Sequence record: MT612988.1
Strand: one strand, 5' to 3'
Length of the DNA stretch: 64,000 nt
Part shown: piece after piece, positions 7,329-16,494 of the stretch
How positions within the stretch are numbered: position 1 is the first letter of the stretch
How the letters are laid out: every line of letters starts with the position of its first letter
Notes under the pieces: generated by a model
What the model saw: only the letters and a program-made list of their open reading frames with translations
What the model was told of the DNA's origin: nothing
The model's database searches: none
Position numbers and translations under genes: made by a program

Positions 7329-8666
7329 TTAACCTTTGAACCCGCTCATTTCTTCAAGCGCATTCGCAACATCTTTGTCATCACGGAATTGCACGAAAAT
7401 AGGCAAGAAACAAGACCATGTTTCTTTATTGCGTGCGCGTGTGATTGCGTTGTAGTTGATTTCAACAATCATACCGATTACTTCATCACGACGTTCCCAA
7501 ATTTCAGCACGCTGTTTATCACTGAAGCCACTACCGACTTTAGTAATCAACATACCGCAAGCTGAACGAAGAAGAAGAGCACCCATTTTGCCTTTGTTCT
7601 TCTTGTCACCTTCGATTACTTCAATGATCTCTAAATCACCATCGTGAACTTCTTTGTATTTCACAAGTGATTTGCTTCGCTTGTTTTCCCAGAGTGCATC
7701 TGGGTCTTTCAAGATGATACCTTCTAGACCTTGAGCAACGTACTGATTGTAGATTTCAGATGCTTGTTCTTTTGTAGAAACAGTCTGCCACGGAATCGGT
7801 TCGATGATACCACGTGCTTTAATAGCAACATCTGCAAGAATCTGTTTACGTTTACTGTACGGCATGTTCAATTCATTCGACTTACCGAAATAAACGTCTT
7901 CAGGGATGATATCCCACACTTGAAATACAATGTCAGCCTGTTCTTTCGGTGTGATTGTACCTTTGCTTGCTTTGTTGACAATGCCATTACCAGTCGAACG
8001 GTCTTCAACCTCATGTAAACCGTTTGGCGCGTACACAAGCTCACCGTCGATAACAAAGCCGTTTACACCCATTTCAGTCAAACCTTTCTCAACTTTGACT
8101 AGACCTTGATAGCGTTTACCGTTACGCGATGTAAGAGTAATGTTACCATCTAAGTCAACATGAGCGAAACAACGAGCACCATCAGCTTTCAATTCAGCGT
8201 ATGCGATTTTAGTTAGAATCGCGTCGATTAGTTTGTCGTTCTTCGGGCTTGCAAGCATTTGAGGTTGTTCTGGAATCAGTTTCTTCCAAACTTTGTTTGC
8301 AGTACCACCCGTACAACCAGTTCGAAGGTCTTTCAATATAACACGACGAATCACTTCCGCGTCGTCTTCAGAAACTGAAGCGAGTATACGAGCAACAAAA
8401 TCTTGTGCAGAATGACCGCGCACTTGATTCACAACCAACGCACTAAACACTTGCTCTAGTGCATCTTCTAGTTCGGTATATTCATGCACATATGCTTCAC
8501 CTGCATTCACTTCAGGCAGTTTCTTCATATTAAACTGATACGTAGGTGTGTATGCAAGCTCAAATACACGCTTTAGCAATTCATTGTCTTTTTCAGACTT
8601 CAGGATTGCTTCTTTTTCAGTGCGTTTAGTCGTTGCTGCTAGTTTATTCAGGATTGGTAGAATCAT
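7329..8666 (-). CDS. 30: ATP-dependent DNA ligase gp30
   Basis: ELKADGAR (KxDG), IDGEL, EGIILK, WENKRS and VGSGF motifs. Confidence 0.97.
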   Translation of the reverse strand: MILPILNKLAATTKRTEKEAILKSEKDNELLKRVFELAYTPTYQFNMKKLPEVNAGEAYVHEYTELEDALEQVFSALVVNQVRGHSAQDFVARILASVSEDDAEVIRRVILKDLRTGCTGGTANKVWKKLIPEQPQMLASPKNDKLIDAILTKIAYAELKADGARCFAHVDLDGNITLTSRNGKRYQGLVKVEKGLTEMGVNGFVIDGELVYAPNGLHEVEDRSTGNGIVNKASKGTITPKEQADIVFQVWDIIPEDVYFGKSNELNMPYSKRKQILADVAIKARGIIEPIPWQTVSTKEQASEIYNQYVAQGLEGIILKDPDALWENKRSKSLVKYKEVHDGDLEIIEVIEGDKKNKGKMGALLLRSACGMLITKVGSGFSDKQRAEIWERRDEVIGMIVEINYNAITRARNKETWSCFLPIFVQFRDDKDVANALEEMSGFKG

Positions 8667-8856
8667 CTGGACCCTCTATATAAATTTCAGGACGAACACG
8701 TGCAACAAAGCACTGCTCGTGTAAATCATTTTTGTACAACACTTTAAGTGCATCTTGCTCTTTCAGGTACAATGCAGGCATTGTAACATCACCGAGATCA
8801 ATAATCGCCACTTCTTGGTTGCTTTTCATTAGTATAGCAAACATCATTTTCCTCAA
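8644..8856 (-). CDS. Hypothetical protein (likely ATG start near 8847)
   Basis: ORF in operon orientation with GAGG SD. Confidence 0.6.
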   Translation of the reverse strand: MRKMMFAILMKSNQEVAIIDLGDVTMPALYLKEQDALKVLYKNDLHEQCFVARVRPEIYIEGPDDSTNPE

Positions 8857-9097
8857 AATATACGTTGCCGTTGTTGATTGTTACTAAGAATGGCTTACCT
8901 GCGATATGATCACCGTAAATGTGAACAATATAATCACAAGCTTCTTTGTTCCATTCTTGCCAATCGGTTTGCAATTCAGCTTCCCATTCTTCTCGATTCG
9001 AAAAGAACGGCTTGCCTTTTGCCTCTCGCTTATCTAACGCAACAGCACGTTTTGCAAGTGCGCTATCAGCATGAATAATATAAGCTCGTTTAATCAT
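8798..9097 (-). CDS. Hypothetical protein, 99 aa
   Basis: ORF downstream of the promoter at 9130-9159. Confidence 0.65.
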   Translation of the reverse strand: MIKRAYIIHADSALAKRAVALDKREAKGKPFFSNREEWEAELQTDWQEWNKEACDYIVHIYGDHIAGKPFLVTINNGNVYFEENDVCYTNEKQPRSGDY

Positions 9098-9107
9098 AAT
9101 TAACCCA

Positions 9108-9159
9108 AAAAAGCCCCGACAGGAGCTTTATTATATGATGAATGTAAGACGTGTTAAAC
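9108..9159 (-). promoter_or_regulatory. GTTTAA-18-TATAAT promoter directly followed by a terminator hairpin
   Basis: -35 at 9154-9159, -10 at 9130-9135, hairpin aagctcc-tgtc-ggggctt plus T-run at 9108-9129. Confidence 0.6.
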
Positions 9160-9160
9160 T

Positions 9161-9754
9161 TTATTCGTGAATAAAATCTAATAGCTTTGACATATGATGA
9201 ACGTCTGCTCGTTCGTCATATCGATTGAGGTGTACCACTTTAAGGTCGTGAAAACACTTCTTGATTTGCTCAGTATTTTCTAACTGATCATCAATGAAAC
9301 CGATCACGTCGTGATCTGATACTAGCTGAGAGACATAACCGACTTTGCTCTCATCACCGCGAATAGTAATCAATTCGCTGAAACAACCCGGGAAGAATGT
9401 TTCTAAGTTGAACTTGCGCACAAGCCAGTGATCAGTTGAATCACCGAATTTAGTCAGCGCAACAAGATTGTATTCTTTCGCGATTTTGTGAACGTTCTCT
9501 ACCGCATCAGGGAACGCAGTCATGTACTTACCGTGCTCAAGATTATACTTCTCAAGTAAGTCAAATGCTATTGAACGCTGCTCGACACCGAATAAATCAC
9601 GTACGTCAACATGCTCTTTAGCAGTGAAGTGTTTTAATGCAAGAACGGGGTCGATACCACATCGCTTGCAGAATAGCGGTAGCTGGCTTGCCCAATCAAT
9701 AAGCACACCATCTACGTCGAAAATTAGAGTAGGTTTTTGTTTCTTGTCTGTCAT
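9161..9754 (-). CDS. HAD-superfamily hydrolase, T4 30.2-like (start ATG 9754)
   Basis: LIFDVDGVLIDW (DxD motif I), ALTKFG, FIDDQLEN (motif IV). Confidence 0.8.
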   Translation of the reverse strand: MTDKKQKPTLIFDVDGVLIDWASQLPLFCKRCGIDPVLALKHFTAKEHVDVRDLFGVEQRSIAFDLLEKYNLEHGKYMTAFPDAVENVHKIAKEYNLVALTKFGDSTDHWLVRKFNLETFFPGCFSELITIRGDESKVGYVSQLVSDHDVIGFIDDQLENTEQIKKCFHDLKVVHLNRYDERADVHHMSKLLDFIHE

Positions 9755-9767
9755 AATATATTTCTCG

Positions 9768-9965
9768 TTACATATATTCAGCGCCCGTGAAGACAATGAA
9801 CATAAAAGTAAAACAAAACACAGCAACAGCTACTAACAATGCAGTTACACTAGCTATCATTGAATCGAATTCGTCTTCAATAATCTTATTGACTACATAT
9901 ACTAATGGCGTTGCTGATACGAATACTAGAATAACACCTAGTGTTGCTAATAAAATTTGAATCAT
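9768..9965 (-). CDS. Small membrane protein with two hydrophobic segments
   Basis: MIQILLATLGVILVFV... and ...ALLVAVAVFCFTFMFIVF; GGAG SD. Confidence 0.7.
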   Translation of the reverse strand: MIQILLATLGVILVFVSATPLVYVVNKIIEDEFDSMIASVTALLVAVAVFCFTFMFIVFTGAEYM

Positions 9966-9991
9966 ATTGTGCTCCTTTATTTGAAGCATCT

Positions 9992-10027
9992 ATGATAATG
10001 AAAAGGGCTGCAAATTGCAACCCTTTT
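9992..10027 (-). promoter_or_regulatory. Early promoter TTGCAA-17-TATCAT with its -35 inside a terminator stem-loop
   Basis: aaaaggg-ttgcaatttgcag-ccctttt; -10 at 9992-9997. Confidence 0.65.
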
Positions 10028-10029
10028 GT

Positions 10030-10539
10030 TTATTTCATCCACTGTTTGCGCTTTTTAGAGCGTTTCCACCCGCGCTGTGGAGATTTGTAAGACGATAGAC
10101 CATCCCAATCTAGAAGACAGCGAACTGTATGAGCACGTTTTTTGCGAACTACTTTACCGTATTCGGCTTCAATCTCGTCTTCACAGAACTTGTTATGATG
10201 CATTTCAGACATCAAACCGTTACCGCGTCGAGCATGAATCCAGTTCTTGTAGCAACCAGTATGTGGCACTGGCGTGTAACGAAACACGTAGTTACCTTTG
10301 TAACGTGCTAGACATTCACCATTTCGAATTAGGTCAATCATACGTCTTGCGCTAGTTGACATGTAAAACCCAACACGTTCTGGGCTCCAGAAGCTCTGAT
10401 AACGAACGTATGTTCTAGCCCACTCAGGTACCCATTCACCATCCCATAATTCGAAAACATGATGAGGTCCCATTTCGCGTGAGTTGTATAGTGGTAGATC
10501 TTTTTCTTTTACGCCTTTGTATTTTTTGACTTCAGTCAT
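10030..10539 (-). CDS. Hypothetical protein with basic C-terminus
   Basis: 169-aa ORF with GGAG SD. Confidence 0.75.
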   Translation of the reverse strand: MTEVKKYKGVKEKDLPLYNSREMGPHHVFELWDGEWVPEWARTYVRYQSFWSPERVGFYMSTSARRMIDLIRNGECLARYKGNYVFRYTPVPHTGCYKNWIHARRGNGLMSEMHHNKFCEDEIEAEYGKVVRKKRAHTVRCLLDWDGLSSYKSPQRGWKRSKKRKQWMK

Positions 10540-10598
10540 CGTTGTTTCTCCAAGTTAAATTACTTAGTGAAACAACTCCTTACGATGAAATTTCTTCA

Positions 10599-10844
10599 TT
10601 ATTCAATTACCTCATACGCTTCGTTAAGGAAGTCATCAACATCATCTACGTTGATTTTGTCTTCATCTATTGCTAGTAAATCACATAGCAATTCTAAAAT
10701 ATCATGTTTACGAATTGTCCCATGACTGAATACAGTCTGACCAATCCATTCGGCTACCGACCAGTAATAGTCTTCAAAATCACCATCGCATTCGTAATTT
10801 GCTAGGTTGTACTGCTCTAGAAGCATATTCAAATCGTGCGTCAT
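10599..10844 (-). CDS. Acidic hypothetical protein, possibly late
   Basis: 81-aa ORF; ATTAAATA at 10878-10885. Confidence 0.7.
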   Translation of the reverse strand: MTHDLNMLLEQYNLANYECDGDFEDYYWSVAEWIGQTVFSHGTIRKHDILELLCDLLAIDEDKINVDDVDDFLNEAYEVIE

Positions 10845-10884
10845 TGTATTACCTTTTATTGTTTTATTTGACGCACGTATTTAA

Positions 10885-11073
10885 TCATTTAATTTTGAAC
10901 AATTTCATCACGATTAGAGCAATCATTAGTACTGGCGTGATGACTGTCGATAATAAATTCACCACGGTTTTACTCGCTTGACCACCGTTTTGGCGGTACG
11001 TTTCGTGTAATGTATCTTGAATCGCAACTGTCAAAAGTGCACCAATCAATAAGTAAACAAAAATAAAAGTCAT
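10885..11073 (-). CDS. Small membrane protein
   Basis: Two hydrophobic segments; ATGA overlap with the upstream gene. Confidence 0.7.
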   Translation of the reverse strand: MTFIFVYLLIGALLTVAIQDTLHETYRQNGGQASKTVVNLLSTVITPVLMIALIVMKLFKIK

Positions 11074-11798
11074 ATGTCGAAAATCCTAAGCCCATATTCT
11101 GGGTTTTCTGAGCCATATGCACGTGGGTTACACAGTACATTACAGCCATTTACGTGATAGTCAAATTCTTGATGAACATGACCGTGAATTGCAAAACTGA
11201 ACCCTTCAAGTAAATGGTCAAGGTCAGTGCAATAAAAACTATTCGTACTTGAATACGCATAGTAAGATGAAATGCTCTTCAGAGAAGGGGCGTGATGTGT
11301 GATTAACACTTTCTTACCTTCAATCTCGCGACATTTCTCAATAAATTTGACTGATTTACAATGAAGTGCATGTACATCTTCACCGTACAAAGGTCGCCAT
11401 TGCGGACCGCGAATCTTACGACGGTCATTCATGTTGTCTTTCCAACGTTGACCCTCAAACCAGTCATTGACTTCGTGCCACAGCGTTGTTCCGCAGAATG
11501 TCACGTCATCAATCTGAACTGTATTTTCAAGCAAAACGTGAACATTGTCAACCGAAGTTTCAAATTTATGTCGCTCGTGAATCGCAAGACCCCACCAATC
11601 GTGATTTCCCGGCACTGCGATAACAGCGCGCCAACGGTCGGCTACAGCTTCTAAATCGCGCACTGTGCGCCCTTTGCTGTTAATGTCACCCGCTACTACC
11701 AATACAGCGTCTTTGTCGCCTGTAATCGATTCTAGCGCGTTCTCTGCGTGATAGTCGTTGTGAATATCACTACAGTAATAAACTTTTAAATTTGCCAT
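11070..11798 (-). CDS. Calcineurin-like metallophosphoesterase
   Basis: SDIH, AGDI, GNHD, THHAP and HGHVH motifs. Confidence 0.92.
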   Translation of the reverse strand: MANLKVYYCSDIHNDYHAENALESITGDKDAVLVVAGDINSKGRTVRDLEAVADRWRAVIAVPGNHDWWGLAIHERHKFETSVDNVHVLLENTVQIDDVTFCGTTLWHEVNDWFEGQRWKDNMNDRRKIRGPQWRPLYGEDVHALHCKSVKFIEKCREIEGKKVLITHHAPSLKSISSYYAYSSTNSFYCTDLDHLLEGFSFAIHGHVHQEFDYHVNGCNVLCNPRAYGSENPEYGLRIFDI

Positions 11799-12070
11799 CG
11801 AATCTCCAAAATATTATCGACATAAAATGCGTTGTAGTTGTGTAAACGCAGATATTCAATCAATAGGCGTTTCATACTATGACTTTCAATACCTGGCAAT
11901 TCGTCTTGCATTCTGATATTAATACCAAAGCGCATTTCATCAGTTGCTTGCGCAATGCGCTCATCTAGATGTTCTAGATCATCAACGGGAAACTTCTCTT
12001 CCATTACTTTGATGCTGCGTGCGCGTGCTTCTTCTGCTTTCATAATCATGCTCATGACTTTCGTCTCCAA
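11786..12070 (-). CDS. Hypothetical protein
   Basis: ORF in a tightly packed operon. Confidence 0.65.
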   Translation of the reverse strand: METKVMSMIMKAEEARARSIKVMEEKFPVDDLEHLDERIAQATDEMRFGINIRMQDELPGIESHSMKRLLIEYLRLHNYNAFYVDNILEIRWQI

Positions 12071-12444
12071 TCAATTATAGTCAATATCATGCGTTCAGAA
12101 CCGTGTTCCATCAACATACGATTCACATAAGCAAGTGCTAAACTGTGAGTCTCGTATTGCAAGTAGCCAATTTCGGACGGCTCGTAAGGGTTGATTCGAT
12201 TTTTAATATCGAATGTATTCTTCACTGCTCTGATATTATAACCTAATTTCTCGAACTCTGCAACCGCTGATTCATAAAATTCAGCTTTTATACCGACTTT
12301 TATCTCAAGCTCTGTATCAGCTATTTTATCAATTGATTTCAAAGTGTTATACAGAAAATCTTGAAATTCTTCGATTTTCTTTAACTGACGGTCGGACGGT
12401 TTCTTCGGCTTATAGCGTGACCGCATACTAGCAGCATCAAACAT
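12052..12444 (-). CDS. Hypothetical protein
   Basis: ORF with GAGAGA RBS. Confidence 0.7.
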   Translation of the reverse strand: MFDAASMRSRYKPKKPSDRQLKKIEEFQDFLYNTLKSIDKIADTELEIKVGIKAEFYESAVAEFEKLGYNIRAVKNTFDIKNRINPYEPSEIGYLQYETHSLALAYVNRMLMEHGSERMILTIIDWRRKS

Positions 12445-12455
12445 AATATTTTCTC

Positions 12456-12722
12456 TCAGAAGTAGTCAGCGTACCTATCTAAGATTCGCTTCGGGATTTT
12501 TAAGTTTACAAATCTCTTACCTTTCAAACCACCATCATATGCGATTTCTGCAATCAGATCTTCGTACATGTCTGGTTCAAGTTCGTCGATAATGTCCTTG
12601 TACTCTTGTGGAAGCTGTCTCTTCAGCTTCTTAACGAGCGCGTGGATCTCATTTATCGTGAGATCACGCAACTCTTGGTATGTCATTTCGTTTAGGGATA
12701 TTTCAATAAAAGACTTTAGCAT
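12456..12722 (-). CDS. Hypothetical protein with CTS-like N-terminus (MLKSFIEISLNE)
   Basis: GGAGG SD; ATTAAATA at 12741-12748. Confidence 0.7.
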   Translation of the reverse strand: MLKSFIEISLNEMTYQELRDLTINEIHALVKKLKRQLPQEYKDIIDELEPDMYEDLIAEIAYDGGLKGKRFVNLKIPKRILDRYADYF

Positions 12723-12739
12723 AATGCCACCTCCGTCTC

Positions 12740-12961
12740 TTATTTAATCCCTAGTAGCTTACCAATTACGGTCATTGGTAGATAAAAAATGACATAAAAC
12801 AAAATGTAAATCGCAATCTGTACGCCGAAACCTAGTGATAGCATAGCGACGTAAAGCTGCACGAGGTAATAATCTACCTCGGCTGTCGCTGCTTCGTTCA
12901 GTTCGCCGCGAAACTCGCGACACATATCTTCTAGAATTCGAATGAAATTGCTCATTACCAC
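12740..12961 (-). CDS. Small membrane protein
   Basis: Hydrophobic C-terminal half. Confidence 0.65.
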   Translation of the reverse strand: MVMSNFIRILEDMCREFRGELNEAATAEVDYYLVQLYVAMLSLGFGVQIAIYILFYVIFYLPMTVIGKLLGIK

Positions 12962-13197
12962 ATCACCTCAAGTTTCTCACCTGTAATGAACGCATCATAG
13001 CCGAGACTAATCAAAATACTACGAATAGTATCGCGCTCACTTTCAGTCAATTTTTCTGTTTTGAAGTCAACTCGCGACTTCGTGGGAGAAGCGACTTGAA
13101 TTGCAAAATCTAGCTCTTCAAGTGACTTCTCAACAGCAGGCGAAAGTTTCTTCCGCTTTGCTCTTGCCTCTTTTGCTGTAATCATTGGGTCATCCAA
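12955..13197 (-). CDS. Hypothetical protein
   Basis: ORF directly after the topoisomerase gene. Confidence 0.65.
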   Translation of the reverse strand: MDDPMITAKEARAKRKKLSPAVEKSLEELDFAIQVASPTKSRVDFKTEKLTESERDTIRSILISLGYDAFITGEKLEVMW

Positions 13198-14987
13198 TCC
13201 TTACGTTTATCAGTGTCATTACCGAACAATAGTTCAAAACAATTTGGGTCATCGATTACAATATCATCAAAAACTGGCTCGTTAATAACTTTTTTGTATT
13301 CTTTTTCAGTCAGTGAACCCAAACCCTTAATGTAACGAATCTTCCACGTTTTACTCAGTTTCGCCTTGCGATACTCTTCAATAGAATAAAACCATTTCGT
13401 TTCTTTATTCTTCGATGCAATGACTACTGGTGTACGAACGAACTTGATTCGCTTCTGCTTGTAAAGCTCTGGCCAGTTGTAGAAAAACGCAAGCAACAAC
13501 GGGAAAATCGAACCTTTACCATCAACGTCCGCATCAACTAAGATACCAATGTCTTTATAGTACATGTCTCGAATGTCGTCATTACCGAGCTGAATGTTCA
13601 GCACTGACATGATATCGCATAGCTCTTTGTTTTTCATGATCTCGGCAGGGCGTTTACCCCATGTGCTCAGTACTTTACCGCGCAACGGAATACCACCATG
13701 CTTTTTACTGTCACGAACTTTAATCAAGTAACCAATCGCTGACTTACCCTCAGTCAAGAACAGCGTACCACCTGGCTGCGAAGCCTTGATATGCTCTGCA
13801 ACTTTCGCTTGTTGAGCTTTCTTCTGCTTGCGTGCTAGTTCTCGCGCTTCGGCTGCTTGTTGTTTAGCAAGTAACGCTTCAATAATCGGCATGATGATAT
13901 CATCTTCTGCCAGAATCTTCTTAGCGATTTTGTCATATGCTAAGTCTTTCAAGTATGGTGACACTTCACCTTGAGAACTAGTTAGACGTTCTTTTGTCTG
14001 ACTGTCAAACTTAGGGTCTGTGAAGTTACGAATGAACAACCCGAGTGTCAAACCATTCTTTAATTGTGGTTTTGGTACATTGATTTTATGCTTGCGCTTA
14101 ATCATCGGGATTAATTCATCTGAAAGTTTATTGATGAAGTAATCTACGTGGGTACCACCATTAGATGTATTTACACCATTGATGAAGCTGTTATGTCTGA
14201 ATTCATCAGACGGCGCGACAAACAGCGCAACGTTGTCAAATTCAAACGCAACTTCTGTGTTAAACATCTTTGCGTATTGCTTCAGCGTAGGGGCGTGTTT
14301 CTTCCCGTTGTACTTGAACGTAATCTCAGGGAATGCGACTGACAACGACGCGAGACGGTCTTTGATGATCTCTTCGTCTTGAGGGGAGATACCAAATACA
14401 CCAAAGCGGTTAAAATCAGGGATGAATTCAACTGAAGTCCCTTTCGTACCGCCTTTCGAAGTTCTAACGAAAATACGATCTGCATTGTTAGAACAGCTTA
14501 CTGTTACTGTGTTTTTACCGTCACACGTCTTACCAATGAATTGATGACTGAAGTAGTTGGTCAGTGCAGCGCCAACACCGTTCATACCAACAGTTGTTCG
14601 GTCATCTTCGAAGTTACTACCTGCTTTAGTACGTGTCCATGCAGCTTCAGGTCGAAGAAGCTCTTTACCATCTGGGTCTAGAACTTTGTCTTGCGGAATA
14701 CCGCGACCGTTATCTGAGATAGTGATTCGATTACCTTCGATTTTCACTTCAATAACATTGGCAAATTTGAACTTAGTTCGAATCGCTTCATCAAGAGAGT
14801 TATCAATAACTTCGTTGATGATCTTCACAAGACCCGGTACGTACTCGATTTTCTTGAAATCACCTAAGACAAAACGCTCATGTTCTTCTCGATCAACTGA
14901 CCCGATGTACATACCCGGTCGTTTAAGAACGTGTTGTTTGTCTGATAAAATTTGAAAGTTGTCTTTTTTAGACATCATGTTCCTCAC
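13182..14987 (-). CDS. 39: Type II DNA topoisomerase large subunit, fused gp39+gp60 (likely start 14978)
   Basis: HVLKRPGMYIGS, NEVIDNSLDE, DNGRG, GMNGVG, LTEGKSA, PLRGK, DADVDG, RYIKGLGS. Confidence 0.97.
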   Translation of the reverse strand: MRNMMSKKDNFQILSDKQHVLKRPGMYIGSVDREEHERFVLGDFKKIEYVPGLVKIINEVIDNSLDEAIRTKFKFANVIEVKIEGNRITISDNGRGIPQDKVLDPDGKELLRPEAAWTRTKAGSNFEDDRTTVGMNGVGAALTNYFSHQFIGKTCDGKNTVTVSCSNNADRIFVRTSKGGTKGTSVEFIPDFNRFGVFGISPQDEEIIKDRLASLSVAFPEITFKYNGKKHAPTLKQYAKMFNTEVAFEFDNVALFVAPSDEFRHNSFINGVNTSNGGTHVDYFINKLSDELIPMIKRKHKINVPKPQLKNGLTLGLFIRNFTDPKFDSQTKERLTSSQGEVSPYLKDLAYDKIAKKILAEDDIIMPIIEALLAKQQAAEARELARKQKKAQQAKVAEHIKASQPGGTLFLTEGKSAIGYLIKVRDSKKHGGIPLRGKVLSTWGKRPAEIMKNKELCDIMSVLNIQLGNDDIRDMYYKDIGILVDADVDGKGSIFPLLLAFFYNWPELYKQKRIKFVRTPVVIASKNKETKWFYSIEEYRKAKLSKTWKIRYIKGLGSLTEKEYKKVINEPVFDDIVIDDPNCFELLFGNDTDKRKDWMTQ

Positions 14988-15150
14988 TCAATTTCACATA
15001 GCAGTACGTTAACAATGCACCTAGTATAGACGCACAGCCTGCTAAAATATACAACTTATCTAGAATGAGTAAAAAAGCTGCTATGAATGACATAACAGCC
15101 CCACTTCCACTAACGATTAACGCTATTCCCTCGATAGTCAAGTAGACCAT
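14968..15150 (-). CDS. Possible small membrane protein (start uncertain, 15150 or 15093)
   Basis: Hydrophobic ORF filling the gap between sir2 and gp39. Confidence 0.45.
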   Translation of the reverse strand: MVYLTIEGIALIVSGSGAVMSFIAAFLLILDKLYILAGCASILGALLTYCYVKLSEEHDV

Positions 15151-15871
15151 TAGGAAAATTGCGTGAAATATGCTCTTCAATGTGCTTATCAATTTCATCG
15201 AATGCCTCAGTGGCTGGCTTATTGATGAATACGTCACACATACGAATCGCTTCGTTTAGTGCAGAATGCTTTTCAGTGTCAATGCCAGTCGGGTTAATAA
15301 GAATGAATTTACAGCCCGTCGCAGACAAATCCCAATGAATCGGGTTAATCTCAAGCGTCGAACCAACAACAATTGCAATGTCAGTCGGCAATAGAGTGTC
15401 AATATCACCCCAGAAGTGAGTGTATAATGGTGCGCCTTCATTGAAGAACACAACACCCGGTTTATCACGACGACCTGTACGCAACTCGTATTCATTGTAC
15501 CCGATGTCAATAACTGTACTGTCTTTTGACGTGTAATCTTGCACGATCTTTGTCAACTCACCGTGAATATGCTTAACGTCTTTACAACCTGCACGCTCAA
15601 GTAAATCTGATACGTTCGCAGTGTAGTTGTCAACGTCGTATTTTTCACACAGTTCAGCAATTTTGTAGTGTGCTGAATTCGGGTGAACTTCAGCTAATTG
15701 TTTACGACGCTCATTGTAGAAACGATGTGTCACTTCATAATTGTTTGCAAATGTGTTGATGTTACACACTTCCATAATGTCGTGGTTTTCCCACAGACCG
15801 TTTGCGTCTCGAAACGTGCTGATACCTGATTCTGCATCAAGACCTGCACCGCTAAAAATAAAAATTCTCAA
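15110..15871 (-). CDS. Sir2/CobB-family NAD-dependent deacylase
   Basis: SGAGLDAESGISTFRD, HIHGE, KPGVVFFNE, VVGST, INP; TTG start with AAGGA SD. Confidence 0.92.
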   Translation of the reverse strand: MRIFIFSGAGLDAESGISTFRDANGLWENHDIMEVCNINTFANNYEVTHRFYNERRKQLAEVHPNSAHYKIAELCEKYDVDNYTANVSDLLERAGCKDVKHIHGELTKIVQDYTSKDSTVIDIGYNEYELRTGRRDKPGVVFFNEGAPLYTHFWGDIDTLLPTDIAIVVGSTLEINPIHWDLSATGCKFILINPTGIDTEKHSALNEAIRMCDVFINKPATEAFDEIDKHIEEHISRNFPNGLLDYRGNSVNR

Positions 15872-16302
15872 AATGATTCCTTAATTGTCGCTGAGGGACC
15901 TTGTTGCCACTCAGAGTATTGTTGCTTAACTAACTCGTCAGGAATATCATAACGCACGAAAAACGTGTTATAAACTTTTCCGTTTACAGTATTTGATTCA
16001 CCGAACCACGTTTCAACTTCTTGAACTTTAAACCATTCTTTGGCTTCGGCTAACGTCATGCCAGTATAGCGGCGAATCTCATTATATACACCATACAATG
16101 CTTCTTTGATGTATATCGAATCCATTTCGCCGTCTTCATGAACAGGAATGGCAAAAATATCACAGTGTAATTCAGGGTCATACACGTCTGAACTGCGATA
16201 TTCATCTGCGAGTCGTTCCATTAAATCATCACTCATGAGCATACCTCGATTAAAGTTTCGACTGCTTGTTTCGTTGGGTTTGCAATGGTTGCTAAATGCC
16301 AC
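15868..16302 (-). CDS. Hypothetical protein (real start likely near 16236-16242)
   Basis: ORF in operon. Confidence 0.6.
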   Translation of the reverse strand: MAFSNHCKPNETSSRNFNRGMLMSDDLMERLADEYRSSDVYDPELHCDIFAIPVHEDGEMDSIYIKEALYGVYNEIRRYTGMTLAEAKEWFKVQEVETWFGESNTVNGKVYNTFFVRYDIPDELVKQQYSEWQQGPSATIKESF

Positions 16303-16493
16303 TCTTCACCGTAAAGCTCATAACACGACCATGTCTGGTCTTCTTCGTTGAAGTAAGGACGATCAGTCCATCCCGTGACGTAACCGTTCCCGTCAACAGT
16401 CACATACTCAGTTTCGTGGTCTACAACTAACGGTATACCGCTCACGTTTACGACAGTTGAACAACCTTTGTTCATTGATAGTAAATAGCTCAT
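16233..16493 (-). CDS. Hypothetical protein
   Basis: 86-aa ORF. Confidence 0.65.
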   Translation of the reverse strand: MSYLLSMNKGCSTVVNVSGIPLVVDHETEYVTVDGNGYVTGWTDRPYFNEEDQTWSCYELYGEEWHLATIANPTKQAVETLIEVCS

Positions 16494-16494
16494 G

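Noticed and set aside
14148-14955. Plus-strand ORFs opposite the topoisomerase
   Set aside because: Antisense shadows with no supporting signals. The same applies to those opposite gp22 (59532-60407), uvsW, nrdD and td.
13182-14987. gp39-gp60 fusion / ribosomal bypass
   Set aside because: A single continuous ORF is the common state in T4-like phages; the split is the T4 exception.
15110-15871. Sir2 as a defence NADase (ThsA/DSR type)
   Set aside because: Size and motifs fit stand-alone CobB-like sirtuins, and no partner defence genes are adjacent.
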